44,200 bases of DNA, taken from assembly GCA_011109175.1 (NCBI GenBank), contig RDEW01000057.1, positions 33,605 through 77,804 on the forward strand. The letters run 5' to 3'. Positions 1 to 13,416 of this stretch are shown here, piece by piece (position 1 is the first letter of the stretch; the number at the start of each line of letters is the position of its first letter). The translations under genes and the position numbers were made by a program. The notes under the pieces were generated by a model, which was given only the letters and a program-made list of their open reading frames with translations, did not search any database and had not been told where the DNA came from. Source of the DNA: Dicyema japonicum. Its lineage: Eukaryota; Animalia; Dicyemida.

Positions 1-3000
1 GAGAGACTCCTTTTATATCTATGCAAAATCAATCTGGTTTTCCGAAAAATTAATATTTAGATCAAAAAAATATAAATCAACTAATTGATCCAAAACCTAC
101 GTATCCAATGCAACAACAGCCACTTGTTAAAGACACCTTTAATTTTTGACAAAATAAACCTTTTAGCGGAAATTCTACTACTTTCATCCAAAAAACAACC
201 CAGAATTCAAATATTGACGATTTATTTAATTTATAACAGAAATAAACTTTATTTTCCATATAATTTTTTTAAATTACAAAATTAATTTCCGAGATTTTAA
301 CAATCAAGTTTAAGAAGTGAAATACGCGCTGACTTTCACAAAGAATGTCGACTTTGATTTATATGTACTACTGGGAAATCAAAAAATCATTATCGTCTTT
401 GATAGTGAGAACTTCTTCAACATGAGTCATTTTATAACTCAATAGGATAATTACCTTAAAATATCTAAACAATTTTATGGCGATAAATTTATGATGTGAA
501 TTAATCACACTTTTACCCATTTCACAATTGAGTAGTTTTAACATGAATCTTACTTACTTGAGATTTACTCTCCAATGCGAATTTAAATGTAGCGACGTGG
601 TAAAATTACCTACTCATTAAAGTTAAATTCATATATTTTAGTTTTTTTTTTACCAAAGATGGTATTAATGTTACCTTGGTTATATTTACTTTATGTCTTT
701 TGTGTGTGAAGTTGATTTTTTTGATTCTCAATTTACAAATAATTCATATGGTATTCATGCAGTGAGCATATATATCATAGTTAGAGAACTTATTCTGTCG
801 ATGTTGGATAACGTTTTTGAATTACTGTATTTTAAGCAATTGAGAATAGAAAATAAAATCGAATGCGAAACATATATCAAACATACTGATACATTTGATG
901 TAAAAAATTATAATTGTATAATAATATTTTTTAGATTGAACATTCTATAAATTTTGTTATCCAAGACAGTATTGTTGAAACATTTATAATTGGTTCTGAT
1001 CGAATTATTTTAATATACGATTATTCTTTTGTAAATCTAATGAAATGTAAATATGATGTAATACATGGAGTTTCATTCGACGAGCTATCTTTTCATCAAA
1101 TTTCTTTATTTCTTACTAGTGAAGGTTCGCTTTAATAATGACGATTTTGCAAGGTAAAATGGATTTTGTATTTTATCAAAATAACAACATTTTTGTTATA
1201 CGTTCTATTGATAATTCAGTAATTTTTATTTTAAATATATTCAGAAATCAAACAATGATGATAGAATACACGATTTTACACTTTCACACTGCAAGAATTT
1301 TATTGCAGTTAACATTAAAAGTAATAATATTTATGAAAATAATAAATTTAGAACCAAATAATACATATTACGTAGAAATTTATGAAATTCCTAGAAAAAA
1401 TTGGGAGAACGAACTTAATAATATGAAATTTGAAGTGGAAGATAATTTAATAATTGTTTAGAAACCTTTAAAATATTTTTAGGACAAGTCATCAAGTTTT
1501 TCGCCCTTAGTCTTCCTTTTTAAAATTTCTCCTCCAAGCAAACTGAGTCGTTGATTTAATTAACTTTTATTATCCATATAGCTCCTACTATAAACTCAAT
1601 ACAATCGTTGCTAAATAAAAGTGAATATGATAAATGTATTGCAACTGGAAATAATCATTTACTGACGCAAGCCTTCTTTGAAAACTTCCTTTTTAAAATT
1701 TCTCCTCCAAGCAAACTGAGTCGTTGATTTAATTAACTTTTATTATTCATTTAGCTCCTACTATAAACTCAATACAATCGTTGCTAAATAAAAGTGAATA
1801 TGATAAATGTATTGCAACTGGAAATAATCATTTACTGACGCAAGCCTTCTTTGAAAATTATTCAAGAGTATTTAATAAAACAGAGATATCTTATAATATT
1901 GGGTAATTTCAATTTATAATCTTAATTAATTAATATTTATTATGTGATTAATTTTAAGATCAGGAAAAGTTTCGTTTTCTGAAAATGGTAATGGAATATT
2001 TGAAATTATTTTAGGAATTTTACAATTTTACGTGCATTGGGAAGGAGATAATAATATTTATTGTTATAAATTACAGAAAACAAGTATGAACTGTGTATTT
2101 ACTAAATTAGGTGATACAAAACCTATTTCGTTAGTGCCAACTTCAGATAGTATTACATGCTTTTCANGGAATTTCACAATTTTACGTGCATTGGTAAGGA
2201 GATAATAATATTTATTGTTATAAATTACAGAAAACAAGTATGAACTGTGTATTTACTAAATTAGGTGATACAAAACCTATTTCGTTAGTGCCAACTTCAG
2301 ATAGTATTACATGCTTTTCAACAGCAAAAAGAAAATCAATTTTTATTTATAGTCTGGAAGATAACGTATTTGTTATTAAAAAATATTCAACAAGTATAAT
2401 TTTAAATTGTAAAATTTTTAGATGAGACACTTTTGGTCACCTCAATACCTAAAATACATAAAGTTAAGAAAATAGTCTTTATAAATGAGTTTTTTTACAA
2501 AGACGAGAACCATGGAGTCGTTGTTATTTTATTCAAAGATAGTTTTATTTATAAAATAGAATTTTGCAATAAGAAATCTGAAGTATCACTAGTACTTCAA
2601 AGGTGTCGCCGTAAATGACTATTTAAGGAATGAATTTGGAAGAGAGGGGAAAATAGAAAGTTTAAAAACTCTTGATTATTGTAAAGATCTAGTAATTATT
2701 TTTATAACTATTACAGATTTTTGTTGGGCAAACAAATAGAATCATTGCTATTGATGTAATTAAAAACAATATTTTATTCAATTTAAACCTCAAATTCGAC
2801 GATTTTTTCTTTAAAAGTTTTTTAATAACTGAAGATTATAAAATAATTGCATATGGACAAAATGGTCGAGGTTTACATTAAAAAAATTTCCCTGAATTAG
2901 ATGTAAACTCAAGTCGTTTAATAAAATGTGATATAAATGAAAAATTAAATGAATTTGATTTAATATTCAAACCAGATGATTCAGAAGAATACGAAGATAT

Positions 3001-3151
3001 ACTACGTAAAAATGATGAAGATTTGTACCAAATTTATGAAAATAGGTATAGTTTTGTTTTGATTAAAAATAATAGATTTGTGTGCGAAAGGAGTTATATT
3101 AATAGATTAGAAAATAAATGGAATAAATGGTTAGCCTCAGATTTTAACTAA
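1..3151 (+). pseudogene. Unidentified multi-exon gene, 5'-incomplete, with apparent frameshifts
   Basis: Coding-like blocks separated by micro-intron-like GT...AG segments. The final exons read PDDSEEYEDILRKNDEDLYQIYENR|FVCERSYINRLENKWNKWLASDFN*. I could not thread one clean frame and recognise no family. Confidence 0.3.
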
Positions 3152-3555
3152 TTAATTTTAATAAAGCTATTGCATAAAATCAGTTGTTATCTTGTTCATC
3201 GAAATTTTGTTGTTATGTAACGAATAACCAATTGGGCGATTTGCTTCAACAGGAGCTGTTGATATTTTCAAACATGATCATCTTCAACTAGATTCTTATT
3301 AATTTTAATAGTTCTATTAAACAATATAATCGAAAAGTAATAGCACATAACATGAAAATTATTTTGACTTAGCGCTCAAGAATTTCACAAGCGAACGAGG
3401 GCGTCCACAGGTTTCCAATCACCTTCTGCATTCGTCTCACAATGTGTAAGATTAGAATCCCCACTATAGGTCTTTAAACACCAGAGTTTTAATTACATTA
3501 TTTTTTTGGATTTTTATAAATTTCATTAAGTAATAATCGAATTATATGATATGAC

Positions 3556-4128
3556 TAGGGCAACCAAAAGTCAATAAAGTCAACTCAACAAAAAATTATT
3601 ATTCTGTTATAAAAATACTAGAAATACATTTTTTATTTAAAATACTTGGTCAATTTTTGCATTTTTAGGTCAGCTTTGTCAATTTTTGTGTCATTTTGTA
3701 ATTTTCCGTCTAAAAATTTTTAAAAAATTATAAATATTAAATTTTCAACCACACTGACTATTATTCGATTGTTTTTTAATGTCTAAATCGAAAAAATCCA
3801 CCTATTCGAGAGCTTCGAGAATTATCCAAGAATTTCCGAATGAATTTTTTAATTACCCCCGGTGGAGCATTATATTGTAATTTATGCGATATTTGTGTAA
3901 ATCAGCTATCTTATCGATTGTATAGCATTAAATTCTTTGGATTATACAATTCGATGTTTACATTTTGAGAAGAAAAATTTTTCCTCTTTATTGACGGCAG
4001 CGGCAGAGTATAGGGTTTCAGCCGGAAAAAAACTAAAAAATATGTATCCTGACCTTTTCCATGTAACATGTATTACACGTTTGATTCACAATTGTTTATA
4101 TCATATGACTAAAGATTTATTAGATTGA
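3556..4128 (+). mobile_element. Internally deleted hAT-type (CGGBP1/DUF659-like) transposase remnant
   Basis: MSKSKKSTYSRASRIIQEFPNEF..TPGGALYCNLCDIC (BED-like finger, frameshifted) from 3780, then LLTAAAEYRVSAGKKLKNMYPDLFHVTCITRLIHNC, which resembles the hAT D..CxxH segment. A TAGGG-type terminus lies at 3556. Confidence 0.6.
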
Positions 4129-4208
4129 AGATAATTTGAAACTCTTAAATTAAAATTATAAATAAAATATTAACGTTTCTATTAATTCGACGTGTGTTTT
4201 TGAAATAA

Positions 4209-6409
4209 ATGATTACAAATTCTAAAAACTGGAAAAAAGTGGACAATTCAAATTTAAAAAGCAATACTTTCGATGCTGTTATAGAGATTGAGGAAAGTAA
4301 TGACTACTGTCTACTAACAACGAATAAGGTTCCAAATAATAGTATACACATAGAAATCCAGATTCACACTAGTTTGACGTTTTCAAAAAAAAGAAAGCAT
4401 GTGCAGTCACTTAAAGGAAATGGAAAATTAAAAAAGACATATAGTGAAGAAATTGAAAATACAGCAAACATTGGTTTTATTGAACCTCTTTATCCCAATT
4501 TGCCTAGATTCTGGAATTTCTGCTTGGAATGCTTTAGAAATACATCCAAAAATTATTTCTGCACTAAAAAAGCTAGAATTTTATGAACCGACTGAAATTC
4601 AATCAAAAACCATTTCTTCCGCTTTGAATTCCCAATCCGACATCATTGGATGTGCTCAAACAGTTTAATTTGAAAATAAATTCAAAGGGAAGTGGGAAAA
4701 CGTTAGCTTTTGGCATTCCGATAGTTGATTTTATTCTCAAAAATAAAATGAAATCTAATTCCAATGTTGCTTTAAATTTATTAATTTTCAGCCTCAAGCA
4801 CTTGTTTTAACCCCTACTCGAGAGCTGGCGATTCAGATACGCGAGCATATTCTGCATATTGTGAAAACTGCAGATATTAAGGTCATTATTAAACTTGTAG
4901 TTTTTAGGTTGAATGTATTGTAGGAGGAATTGCCCAAGTTAAACAGGAACGGATATTTCAATCTTGCCCTGAAATTGTAGTTGCAACCCCAGGGCGGTTA
5001 TGGCAACTTATCCAAGATGTTGATTTCATACAATTTAAACAAAGGGATTTGATTTTGCATCTAAAGTCCGAAACGTTCGATTTCTGGTGATCGACGAAGC
5101 AGATAGAATGATTGGAAAAGATTATTTCGAACATTTTTCATTCATAATTAACGACTTGAATAGGTAATTCTATATATTTCATACTTACAGTGCTCTTGGG
5201 AGATCAATGAGGCGGACATTTGTGTTTTCAGCCACAATGACCTTTGTTCACGATACAAAAAATCGTCAAAATCCAAATGGAAAAAAGCAAACTCTCAAGT
5301 CAAAACTTAGTGAGTTCAATAGTACTAACTAATAATTAGAATCCCTGGTGAGTAAGACTGGAATAAGACGAAATTATACTTTAATTGATTTATCGAATAC
5401 TTCGTTTCTTGTAAACACTCTTTACGAGCAAAAGCTGTATTGTAAACGAGAAGAGAAGGCATTTTATTTTATAAATTATAAAAGGATCATTATCTTTACT
5501 ATATATTGGAATCTCTGAAAGGGAGATCTATCGTATTCACAAACTCGAAAGATTGCACGCGCAGAATTGCTGCATTTCTTCGAATTTTATCTCCTCCTAT
5601 TACTGGAAGTTTTTCTGTTTGCATTCTACATGCCGACATGCTTCAGAAACATCGATTCCGTAACATTGAGAGATTTCGTGGTTTGTCAAGCTGAGATAGT
5701 TATTCTTCAGCTGCAAAGGGTCCCTCCGTTTTGGTCGCAACGGACGTAGCTTCACGTGGACTGGATATCGAGGATATCGAAAATATCATACACTATCAAG
5801 TATCGACTGTGACTGAAGTTATTTAATTTTAATTATTTTTAGATTTATGTTCATCGTAGTGGAAGAACGGCGAGGGCTGACAAACCTGGGTGTACTATTA
5901 CTATCGTTGGTTACGATGAGCATAAAAGATTTCTGAATATTCAACGCCAACTCAATACAGGTTTATTTTATGTTTTGATTATTAGTTTCTAATATGGCTA
6001 CCTATGAGATAAAGCTATCGTTGGTTACGATGAGCATAAAAGATTTCTGAATATTCAACGCCAACTCAATAGAGGTTTATTTTATGTTTTGATTATTAGT
6101 TTCTAATATGGCTACCTATGAGATAAAGGATTTTGATTTGCTTAAAAAGTCGAAAGAACGAGTTTCACTTGCAGTCAAGATTATGAATTTAGAACATACG
6201 TTTTCCTTATAATAACCAAGTATAGAAATGAAAAGGCAAAACAGCATCATAACTGGATTGAAAAATGTGCTCATGATGCGGAAATAGATATTATCGAGTT
6301 TATTAGTTTTTTGACTGTTAATAGTATGCCTGAAGTTAATGCTTATAAAGAGAACGGTGAAAGAGCAGATACTATCCGTATCTTGCGAACTCAACTAAGG
6401 GGACTTTGA
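4209..6409 (+). CDS. DDX24: ATP-dependent DEAD-box RNA helicase DDX24/MAK5, 13 micro-introns
   Basis: After splicing (4474-4507, 4663-4687, 4766-4791, 4882-4907, 5019-5044, 5164-5190, 5310-5339, 5459-5484, 5681-5710, 5818-5842, 5961-5985, 6200-6225, 6298-6324) the protein shows the Q motif [11 protein letters not shown]|[30 protein letters not shown]|[16 protein letters not shown] and HRSGRTAR. The tail [14 protein letters not shown] is DDX24-like. A 114-bp duplicate (6015-6128) must be removed to keep the frame. Confidence 0.9.
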
Positions 6410-7394
6410 TTTTATTTTGAATAAATTTTTTATTATATTATGTTTAAATGGCGATTTTTGAAGTTATCAAAGTCAATAATACAAAATTGATTAGTCTTGA
6501 TACATACAGCTTCGAGCCAAATTATTATGAAATGAAACAAGTCAGTACAAAAATCAATTTTATTACAAACGAAAACCACTAAACAGATATACGAAAATTT
6601 TAAGATTCACCGAAAACAGTAAAATATATTATTTGGCTTTCTTAAAAGGATCATCGCTTCAAAGTATTTACACGATTTATTAATCGTATCTTAGGAATTT
6701 AATTGCAAAAAATTGATTAACATTGGTTTTCTCAGTGAAAAATATTTTTAAAAATAAAAATAAAATTGTAGATATTTTTACCAAAAAATTATTGAAAGTT
6801 TTAATTTGAAAAAGAAATGTTTCTCATATTTATAAATTTGAACATTCGCAGATCTTATGTTGGAATCCATTCAATTTTTCCAAAGTATAATCTGATTGTT
6901 TTTTCTGACAGGCATGTGCATTTATTTACTAGAAAGAAAAACTAAGAATAAGTACAGTTAATATTTTAAACAAAGTTTAATTTCATTTAAATTCCTAGAA
7001 ATACACAATTGCTCAATCTGGTCTTTCAAATCACAAAGCAAATAGATAGTTTACTATAATGTAAAAAAGCAGCGCTATTACATATAGATAGCAAAAAGGC
7101 CAGTTGGGTAAGTTGAACAAAAATTGTTTCCAAATATCTTTTCTGCTCATAAAAATTCTTTCAGCGGAATATTAAATCAAATGATCCATTTAATAGTATA
7201 GTTTTTTCAAGAGCCAGAACCAAAATTCATCTTTCTCTTACTTAAAACAATAGCATCTATTTTCTATTTTCTTATATTATGTAATTTTTTTTATTAATAT
7301 GTTAAATATTTTTAAATTTTGAAACCATTATTATAAAATATTAATTTCTTGAGTGATTTTGTGGTTGAATCATTTATTAACGAATAAGTTACAG

Positions 7395-8247
7395 ATGCCG
7401 AAAAAATTTAAAACTGAAAATACTAAAGCAGTCATAGCAAGAGAACGGAAAGCTCAGACAAAAAAGGATGCTGAAGATACACAACAAAAACAACGTAACG
7501 ACGAATTGTGGAAGGATGATGATAGATTAGTTTTAAAAAAACAAAAAAGAAATGTAAATTATTTTTTAATTATATATTCATTTAGGAAGAGAAGGAAGCC
7601 AAAAAACAAGAAAAAATAACTCGCCGAAGAGAATTGAAAGAATTTGAATTACAGGAAAACCAAGGCACAGAAGCAATAGTAGAAACTTCTTTAAAAGTTG
7701 AATCTGAATATGTTCCTCAACCGAAGCCTATTAAGGCTCCTAGCAGAATCAGTAAAGCTTTATTTCTCTATTTTAGGTGAAAATAACATTTTATTTGATG
7801 AAGAATTTTCCATTAATAATAAATCTTTGAACATGGAGGAAGTCGAGTATGAAAATGAAAATTCAAGGTAAAATTACGCCTAAAAATTTTAGAAATAAAA
7901 AAGACCAAAAAATTGATCGACATCCAGAAAAAAGAATGAAGCTTGCATTCCGTGAATTCGAGGAAGTTCGGTTACCTGAATTACGCAAAGAATTTCCAAA
8001 AATGCGATATAAACAACATTTGAAGATGATGAGAGACGAATTTGAAAAATCAGATGTTAATCCAATGAACAAGCCTCACATGTCGTATAATGCTCCTGGT
8101 ATTCCATATTTGTGCACTTTTTTTAATATTAGATGAAAGGAAAGTTAAGGTTATTGAGAAGAAATTGGAAAAGTTGAGGTAATTTTGTATTATACTGATT
8201 TGAGTTTCATCAGTTTGGAGGCAGAGTGTGAGAATAATCAGGAATGA
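7395..8247 (+). CDS. CCDC124: Coiled-coil domain-containing protein 124 (Lso2 family), 5 micro-introns
   Basis: N-terminus MPKKFKTENTKAVIARERKA..WKDDD and C-terminal DRHPEKRMKLAFREFEEVRLPELRKEFPKMR..SDVNPMN are CCDC124 signatures. The frame stays open after splicing to TGA at 8245-8247. Confidence 0.9.
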
Positions 8248-8657
8248 GTCGCATTGGTTTTGATTAACTTACAAAATTTTCGGCATTCATGTTTGGTTCG
8301 TTTTTTAATTTGGTATTTGTCAGAATAATCTTTTTTTACTATCTTTTATTTTCAATATCTTAGTTTCAAGAAATATTTTCGCTAGTTACTTTATTAAGTT
8401 CTGTTTATTAATTTGAGTTTATAGTTTTAGAAAATTAATTATATTGTGATCTTCTTCTAAAAAAATATTCATGATTACCGAATTAGATCAAATGTTAACG
8501 ATTTTTTTTGATTTTATAACATTTTAAAACACGTATTTCATGTAATTTGAGCTCTTGTTTTTGAGTTAAAGTCAAGTATCACTTTTCTAACTGGTTTTCG
8601 ATATGTCACCTATCATTTAAATGATATTTGAAGAATTTAAATACATAAACGGAGTAT

Positions 8658-11002
8658 TTATTCGTACTGTTTAATTAACACAGTATTATAACTAGTTAAA
8701 AGTTTTTTAAGCTCATTCCTACTAGGTTGTAATCCTCCTTCATTCATTCTTTGTTGAATGGCTAAAATCACTAAAAAATTTAAAACCTTCTTTGTAAGTG
8801 TAATTGGATTCTGTTAAATGTTTCAAATTTTTTTTCATTGAAGAGATCTAATGGGTTTATTAATCTAAAAAATACATATTTATAATTTTTATTTCCTGAA
8901 AGTCTTGTAGTTATTGATTTAATTTCTTCTGTGATACCTTCCATAAATGGATCATATATTTTTTCAGATCTATTAAACATTTCAATGTCTTCTTGAATTT
9001 TCTTTATAAGTAAAATTTTATCTCATAAAACTTTTGTTTTTTCTATAAAATCTTGCTTTAGTTTATCAAAATCTGAAAGTAGAGGAATGCTAGATTGCAT
9101 CTGATTATACTCAAATTGTAATTTCTGAGCTTCTGCTGCAATTTGTTCTTCAATGTTTTTAAGTTTTTCAAGTTCAGCAGTACGCGATTCGGATTCTAAT
9201 TAATTACAAATCAGCAAAATATATTTTAGCACACTTAATTGTAACCTGCAAGTAAATTTGTAATTGACATTCCTGAGTTGCTAATATTTTTCATATCATT
9301 TCGCATTTGAGATCGTATTGCTCTCAATTCTATCTCAGAAGGAACTGTTCTTGCTTGTTTTTTTTTCTAAAAATATTATTAATATAAAATATACAGATTG
9401 TATGCACATATTCAATTGGTCAATTTGATTTTTAATACTCTTTAATTCTTTCTATTCGTTGTTAGAATTAAATCAGAAAATACATTTTTTTCGTCTTGAA
9501 TATTTGGGTAATCGTACAGAAATTCTGCCATGTAATTAATTTTTTTACCATTTATATATTTTTGCTCAGTATTTAATTCTTCTAATTTGGCTTTTAAATC
9601 CCCTTTAAGGTTAGTTTTGTTTTAAAAACCTTCACTTGAATTTAATTCACAATTCAATTTTGAGAGTTCATCTTCGAGTTGTTGAATCTCAGATTTTGAA
9701 GTTTCAATTCTATATATTTTAAAATAAATGATTCATTACTGTCTTTCTATAATAGATATTTCTTGATTGTCTTGAATCACTTTCGCTAGTAGATCTTCAC
9801 GCTCTCTAGCCGGATCAACTCTGGGAGAGTTTTCATTGTACAATTCATCTCTTTTATTGGTCAGATTGTTTAGTTCATACAGTAGATTGACTATAATTAT
9901 TAATCACACGTTCAATATTTTAATATCGAATTAAACGTCAGTTACCAATTTCGCTTTTGTCTGGGTCTACTGAAAGAGTCTATAAATTCATTTGAATTTA
10001 TAATTAACTTCTAGAATCTCTTGTTTTTCGTTTTGTAGAGATATGATTTGTGAGTGGTCATTATCTAATTTCAATTCACACTGATTTTTTTCCATCAAAA
10101 GGCGTCGATATTCTTGAACCATTACCTCATCCTTCATATATAATAAGCTTCAAATAAACCATATCTGCAATTATATTATCGTAAATTTTATTATTCAGCT
10201 GTGTTTCATAAAATTCAATTTGTCTGTCAAGTCTAAGAATAGATATTTTCGAATATTAATTCATACTCTTTTTTACTATGAAGTAATTTATCGACTTCTT
10301 TTGACAATTTATGGTTATCAAAACTCATCTATTTTTTTTATTTTAATTATACTTCGTTGACTTCTCTTTCTAGATCGCTAATATTTTCTCCCATGTTAAC
10401 CTTCTCCAATAACTAAAAAATTGTCAATAAATAAGACCGTATTATATTGAGCAAGTTTATCTTTTAAATTTTTATTATCTATAGTGATTTGAGTTAATCT
10501 AATGTAAAAATGTTATATTTTTGTACTTTTGTTTGTAAAAAGATTGCATTTCGTTCTCAGTTTTTTGTTTTTCAACTTGTTCTTCCAGACGGTTATTCTC
10601 AGCTTCAATTTCGTTAATCTTATTCCTTCAAAATGATAAATATAAATTGCAACCGCAAGACTCCAATATAATAAGTTTTATCTTGAACAGTTCGGGTGGA
10701 AGCTAAGAATTCATCATTTTGTAAAGCTACCAGTATCCATCCGAAGTCCTCCGAGACCATGCTGAGTCGTAGGACGGTCTTGAATTTTGATTGGCGGGTT
10801 AATGACTATAGTGCAAAAATTGAGATTCAAATAATCAATAAATACCTACTCCAGAAGGCTTAGAAGACTGTTGATTTCTCTATGATATTAAATAAGCTTC
10901 ATTAAATACAGCTGCAGTAGATAAGCGAGTTGCTGTTCCAGTCATTTGTCGATTTGTTGATACTAAAATTGTAAATTGTTGTAAACCATTTTCTTTCTTC
11001 AT
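8658..11002 (-). CDS. IFT74: Intraflagellar transport protein 74, 21 introns
   Basis: Hand-spliced frame is open from ATG 11002 to TAA 8658. It contains IKIQDRPTTQHGLGGLRMDT|ASTRTVQDKTYYIGVLR|NKINEI and PAREREDLLAKVIQDNQEISIIERQ, both IFT74 signature motifs. The remainder is coiled coil. Confidence 0.9.
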
Positions 11003-11259
11003 CACAAAATTTTTTATATGGTTTCTATAACAAAATTATATTTATATAAATAACAAAAAAATGCCAAAATAAAAAACACTAACAGAATTATGTAATTTCT
11101 TATACGACATTGGTAAATAAAAAAATATATAGGCGTATAATTTTTTACTAAAAAACGAATTTTCTTCTAAGACAGCTTTTCTGAGTATTTTCAATTTCTA
11201 AAAAAACTTTAAATAGAATCGATCAGAAGTCTGTTGTAAATTTAGCATGATTTTATAAA

Positions 11260-13235
11260 AACCATCATTGAATGCTTTCCAAATTGAAAGTCTTGTGGGT
11301 GCGATGCTGTCTATGGTTTTTTGTCAAGAAATTTGAGTCCCTGCGATGAATTATTCAAAGTTGTCAGTGAAAGATACTCACCAGACATGTGGTTCTATAC
11401 AGGAGTAACCTATTTAATTTCTAAAAACGAAATTTGAAGATCACCAGATGATTTACGTCTGATCTATTGTATACCAATATTATATAAATTACTCACAAAG
11501 TGTGTTCATTTCAAACTTACTGATTAGTGGGATCTTTCGATCTTATTTCTGACAATCAGCTGGAAGGGAAGAGAAAGTGTCAAGATCCAAAAGAGCAAGT
11601 TCTGAGAGCAGTGTGTGATTGTTCACGTCTTCCAACCTAGATAAAAAACTTTGTGATGAGTTTAACTGGCAGATGGAGAGGTATATTAAATTTTAAAAAA
11701 GAGAGGATTGGAATCATAAAACTAAACCGTTGAATATTGCAAGGAAATTCATTGTCTCCGTAGCTTTTTGTCTTATTTATGAATCCGTTAAGTAAAATTT
11801 GTCAAAACGCCAATCAACGAAAACATATTCAAAAAACCACTTATGACCTGAAAACTCTTGAGGAGATGGAAGATACAATGATTAAAGTTTTGGAAAAGAT
11901 AGATAAATATTGTGACGTTGTTGGTCTAAAAAGTCGGCAACCGATCTAAAATACATAAACGGCGTGAAATGTTTGGATGGATTTTAAGGCTACCTATATC
12001 TCGGGGTTTTAGAAGACAAGGAAAGTAATGTAATGAAACATGAAGTTTTGAAGACTATTTTGAAAAATTTGAGGAAGGAGATTGTGAGTTTGTTGCATAC
12101 ATAACTCAATTTTGTAAATATTTTTAAAGCTATAAACGAATATGCGTTATCTCTTTACAATTACTATATTGGACTAGTAAATATTGAATTAAACGAGTTT
12201 GAAAATATTGATTTTGAAATTCGACCTGTATTTTCTGAGTATAAAATTTATCTAAAACCGGCTAACACGGAAAAACCAAGTCGGCAAGCGGAAATATGCT
12301 GTTTCAATTTACTAATGATTTGGAAAGAAAATCTGACATTTTTACCAGAAAGAATGGAATCTTGCGGGTCTTGAAAGCAAAGAGAACATATAGGACCACG
12401 ATCGCTAGATTTCTATATTTAAAGTTGAATCCAATTCGAGTTGATATCAAAGCTATCAGAGAAACGCAGAAGTTTCTTTTTGAATCAATTGCAAAAAACC
12501 CGCTCAATTCTATTCTTTTTAACAGTTATGAGAATGAGAAGTTGATATTACTGAATCTTCCGAGCCATGCATTGTTTGCTTCGAGATAAAAATTTATTTT
12601 TTAATGAAAAAGAATCAACAGCAATCACTGGTTAGAAGACATAATGAAGTTTTTAGATGCGCAAATCTTCATCTATACGTTACAAGAAACACTCAGTTCG
12701 GTCGATTGTTGCGATACATAGGGTGGAAATCCGAGTGGACACTTCAATTATGACTGACGCTGAAGTGCAACACAACAAACCAGAAATTTCGGTTTATGAC
12801 AGAGTGAAGAATGAGATCGTGATTATAGAAGTTGGAATCATCAAACTGAGGTGGAAAAGCTACACAGATATGACTTGTTAGCTAGTGAATTGAAAATTTT
12901 ATATAATTCTCCGGTCAAAATTGTTTCAATTATTTTAACATGAAATGGAATTGGTACAAAATGCTTAGATAATCATGTGAATGTTTTATTGATTTATATG
13001 TCGAGTAGGTCATATATTCGGTCTTTAGTACTAAAGAAGACCATAGAAAGCATTATCATCGAACATAAAAAATGAGATCAGAACTCCGATTGAGGATATT
13101 CTAGTGCCACAGATCGATTGTAAGAGCGCGCAACTAATTACGTTCACGAAATGACGAGTCCGGCTGTCGAGAACGAGATGGAAATCGGGTGGATTCTCAG
13201 TGAGAATGCTTATAAAGAGGAAGAGTCTGTTAATT
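11260..13235 (+). mobile_element. Degenerate R4/Dong-like non-LTR retrotransposon (RT plus restriction-like endonuclease)
   Basis: Fragments across many stops and frameshifts: WFYTGVTYLI, ILYKLLTKC, SDNQL, LQGNSLSP, YLGVLED, FKAINEYALS, HNKPEISVYDRVKNEIVIIEVGI (RLE) and YDLLASEL. Confidence 0.8.
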
Positions 13236-13416
13236 AAATCATATTAGTTAGTGGGACTTTTCTGTTTGCATTTTATTTTTATTTAGTGCTTAAAACTTTT
13301 CAATAGGTTTTAAATTAAAAATTAAATTAGATGTCAAAGGTCTTAATATTTAACTCCAATTATTGTTTTGGTTCAAATAATACCTGTTCTCTATATTATA
13401 AAACCCAGCTAAAACA

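Noticed and set aside
1512-2320. Two near-exact tandem duplications (~172 bp and ~150 bp)
   Set aside because: The second is joined by a single N and the copies differ by SNP-like changes, which is typical of contig-overlap artefacts.
3370-3490. Sushi/CCP-like exon on the minus strand (CLKTYSGDSNLTHCETNAEGDWKP)
   Set aside because: Isolated, lacks the final Cys, and no gene could be assembled around it.
5901-6128. 114-bp exon+intron tandem duplication in DDX24
   Set aside because: Two copies differing at one base that would frameshift an essential gene. Most likely an uncollapsed allelic overlap in the assembly. Long reads would decide.
6500-7270. Possible minus-strand gene between DDX24 and CCDC124
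   Set aside because: Coding-like and intron-like segments exist, but there is no continuous frame or recognisable motif.
4209-11002. Alternative genetic code (stop reassignment) as the cause of the short ORFs
   Set aside because: All stops fall in GT/GC-AG micro-introns. The spliced genes are open in the standard code and end with TAA or TGA.
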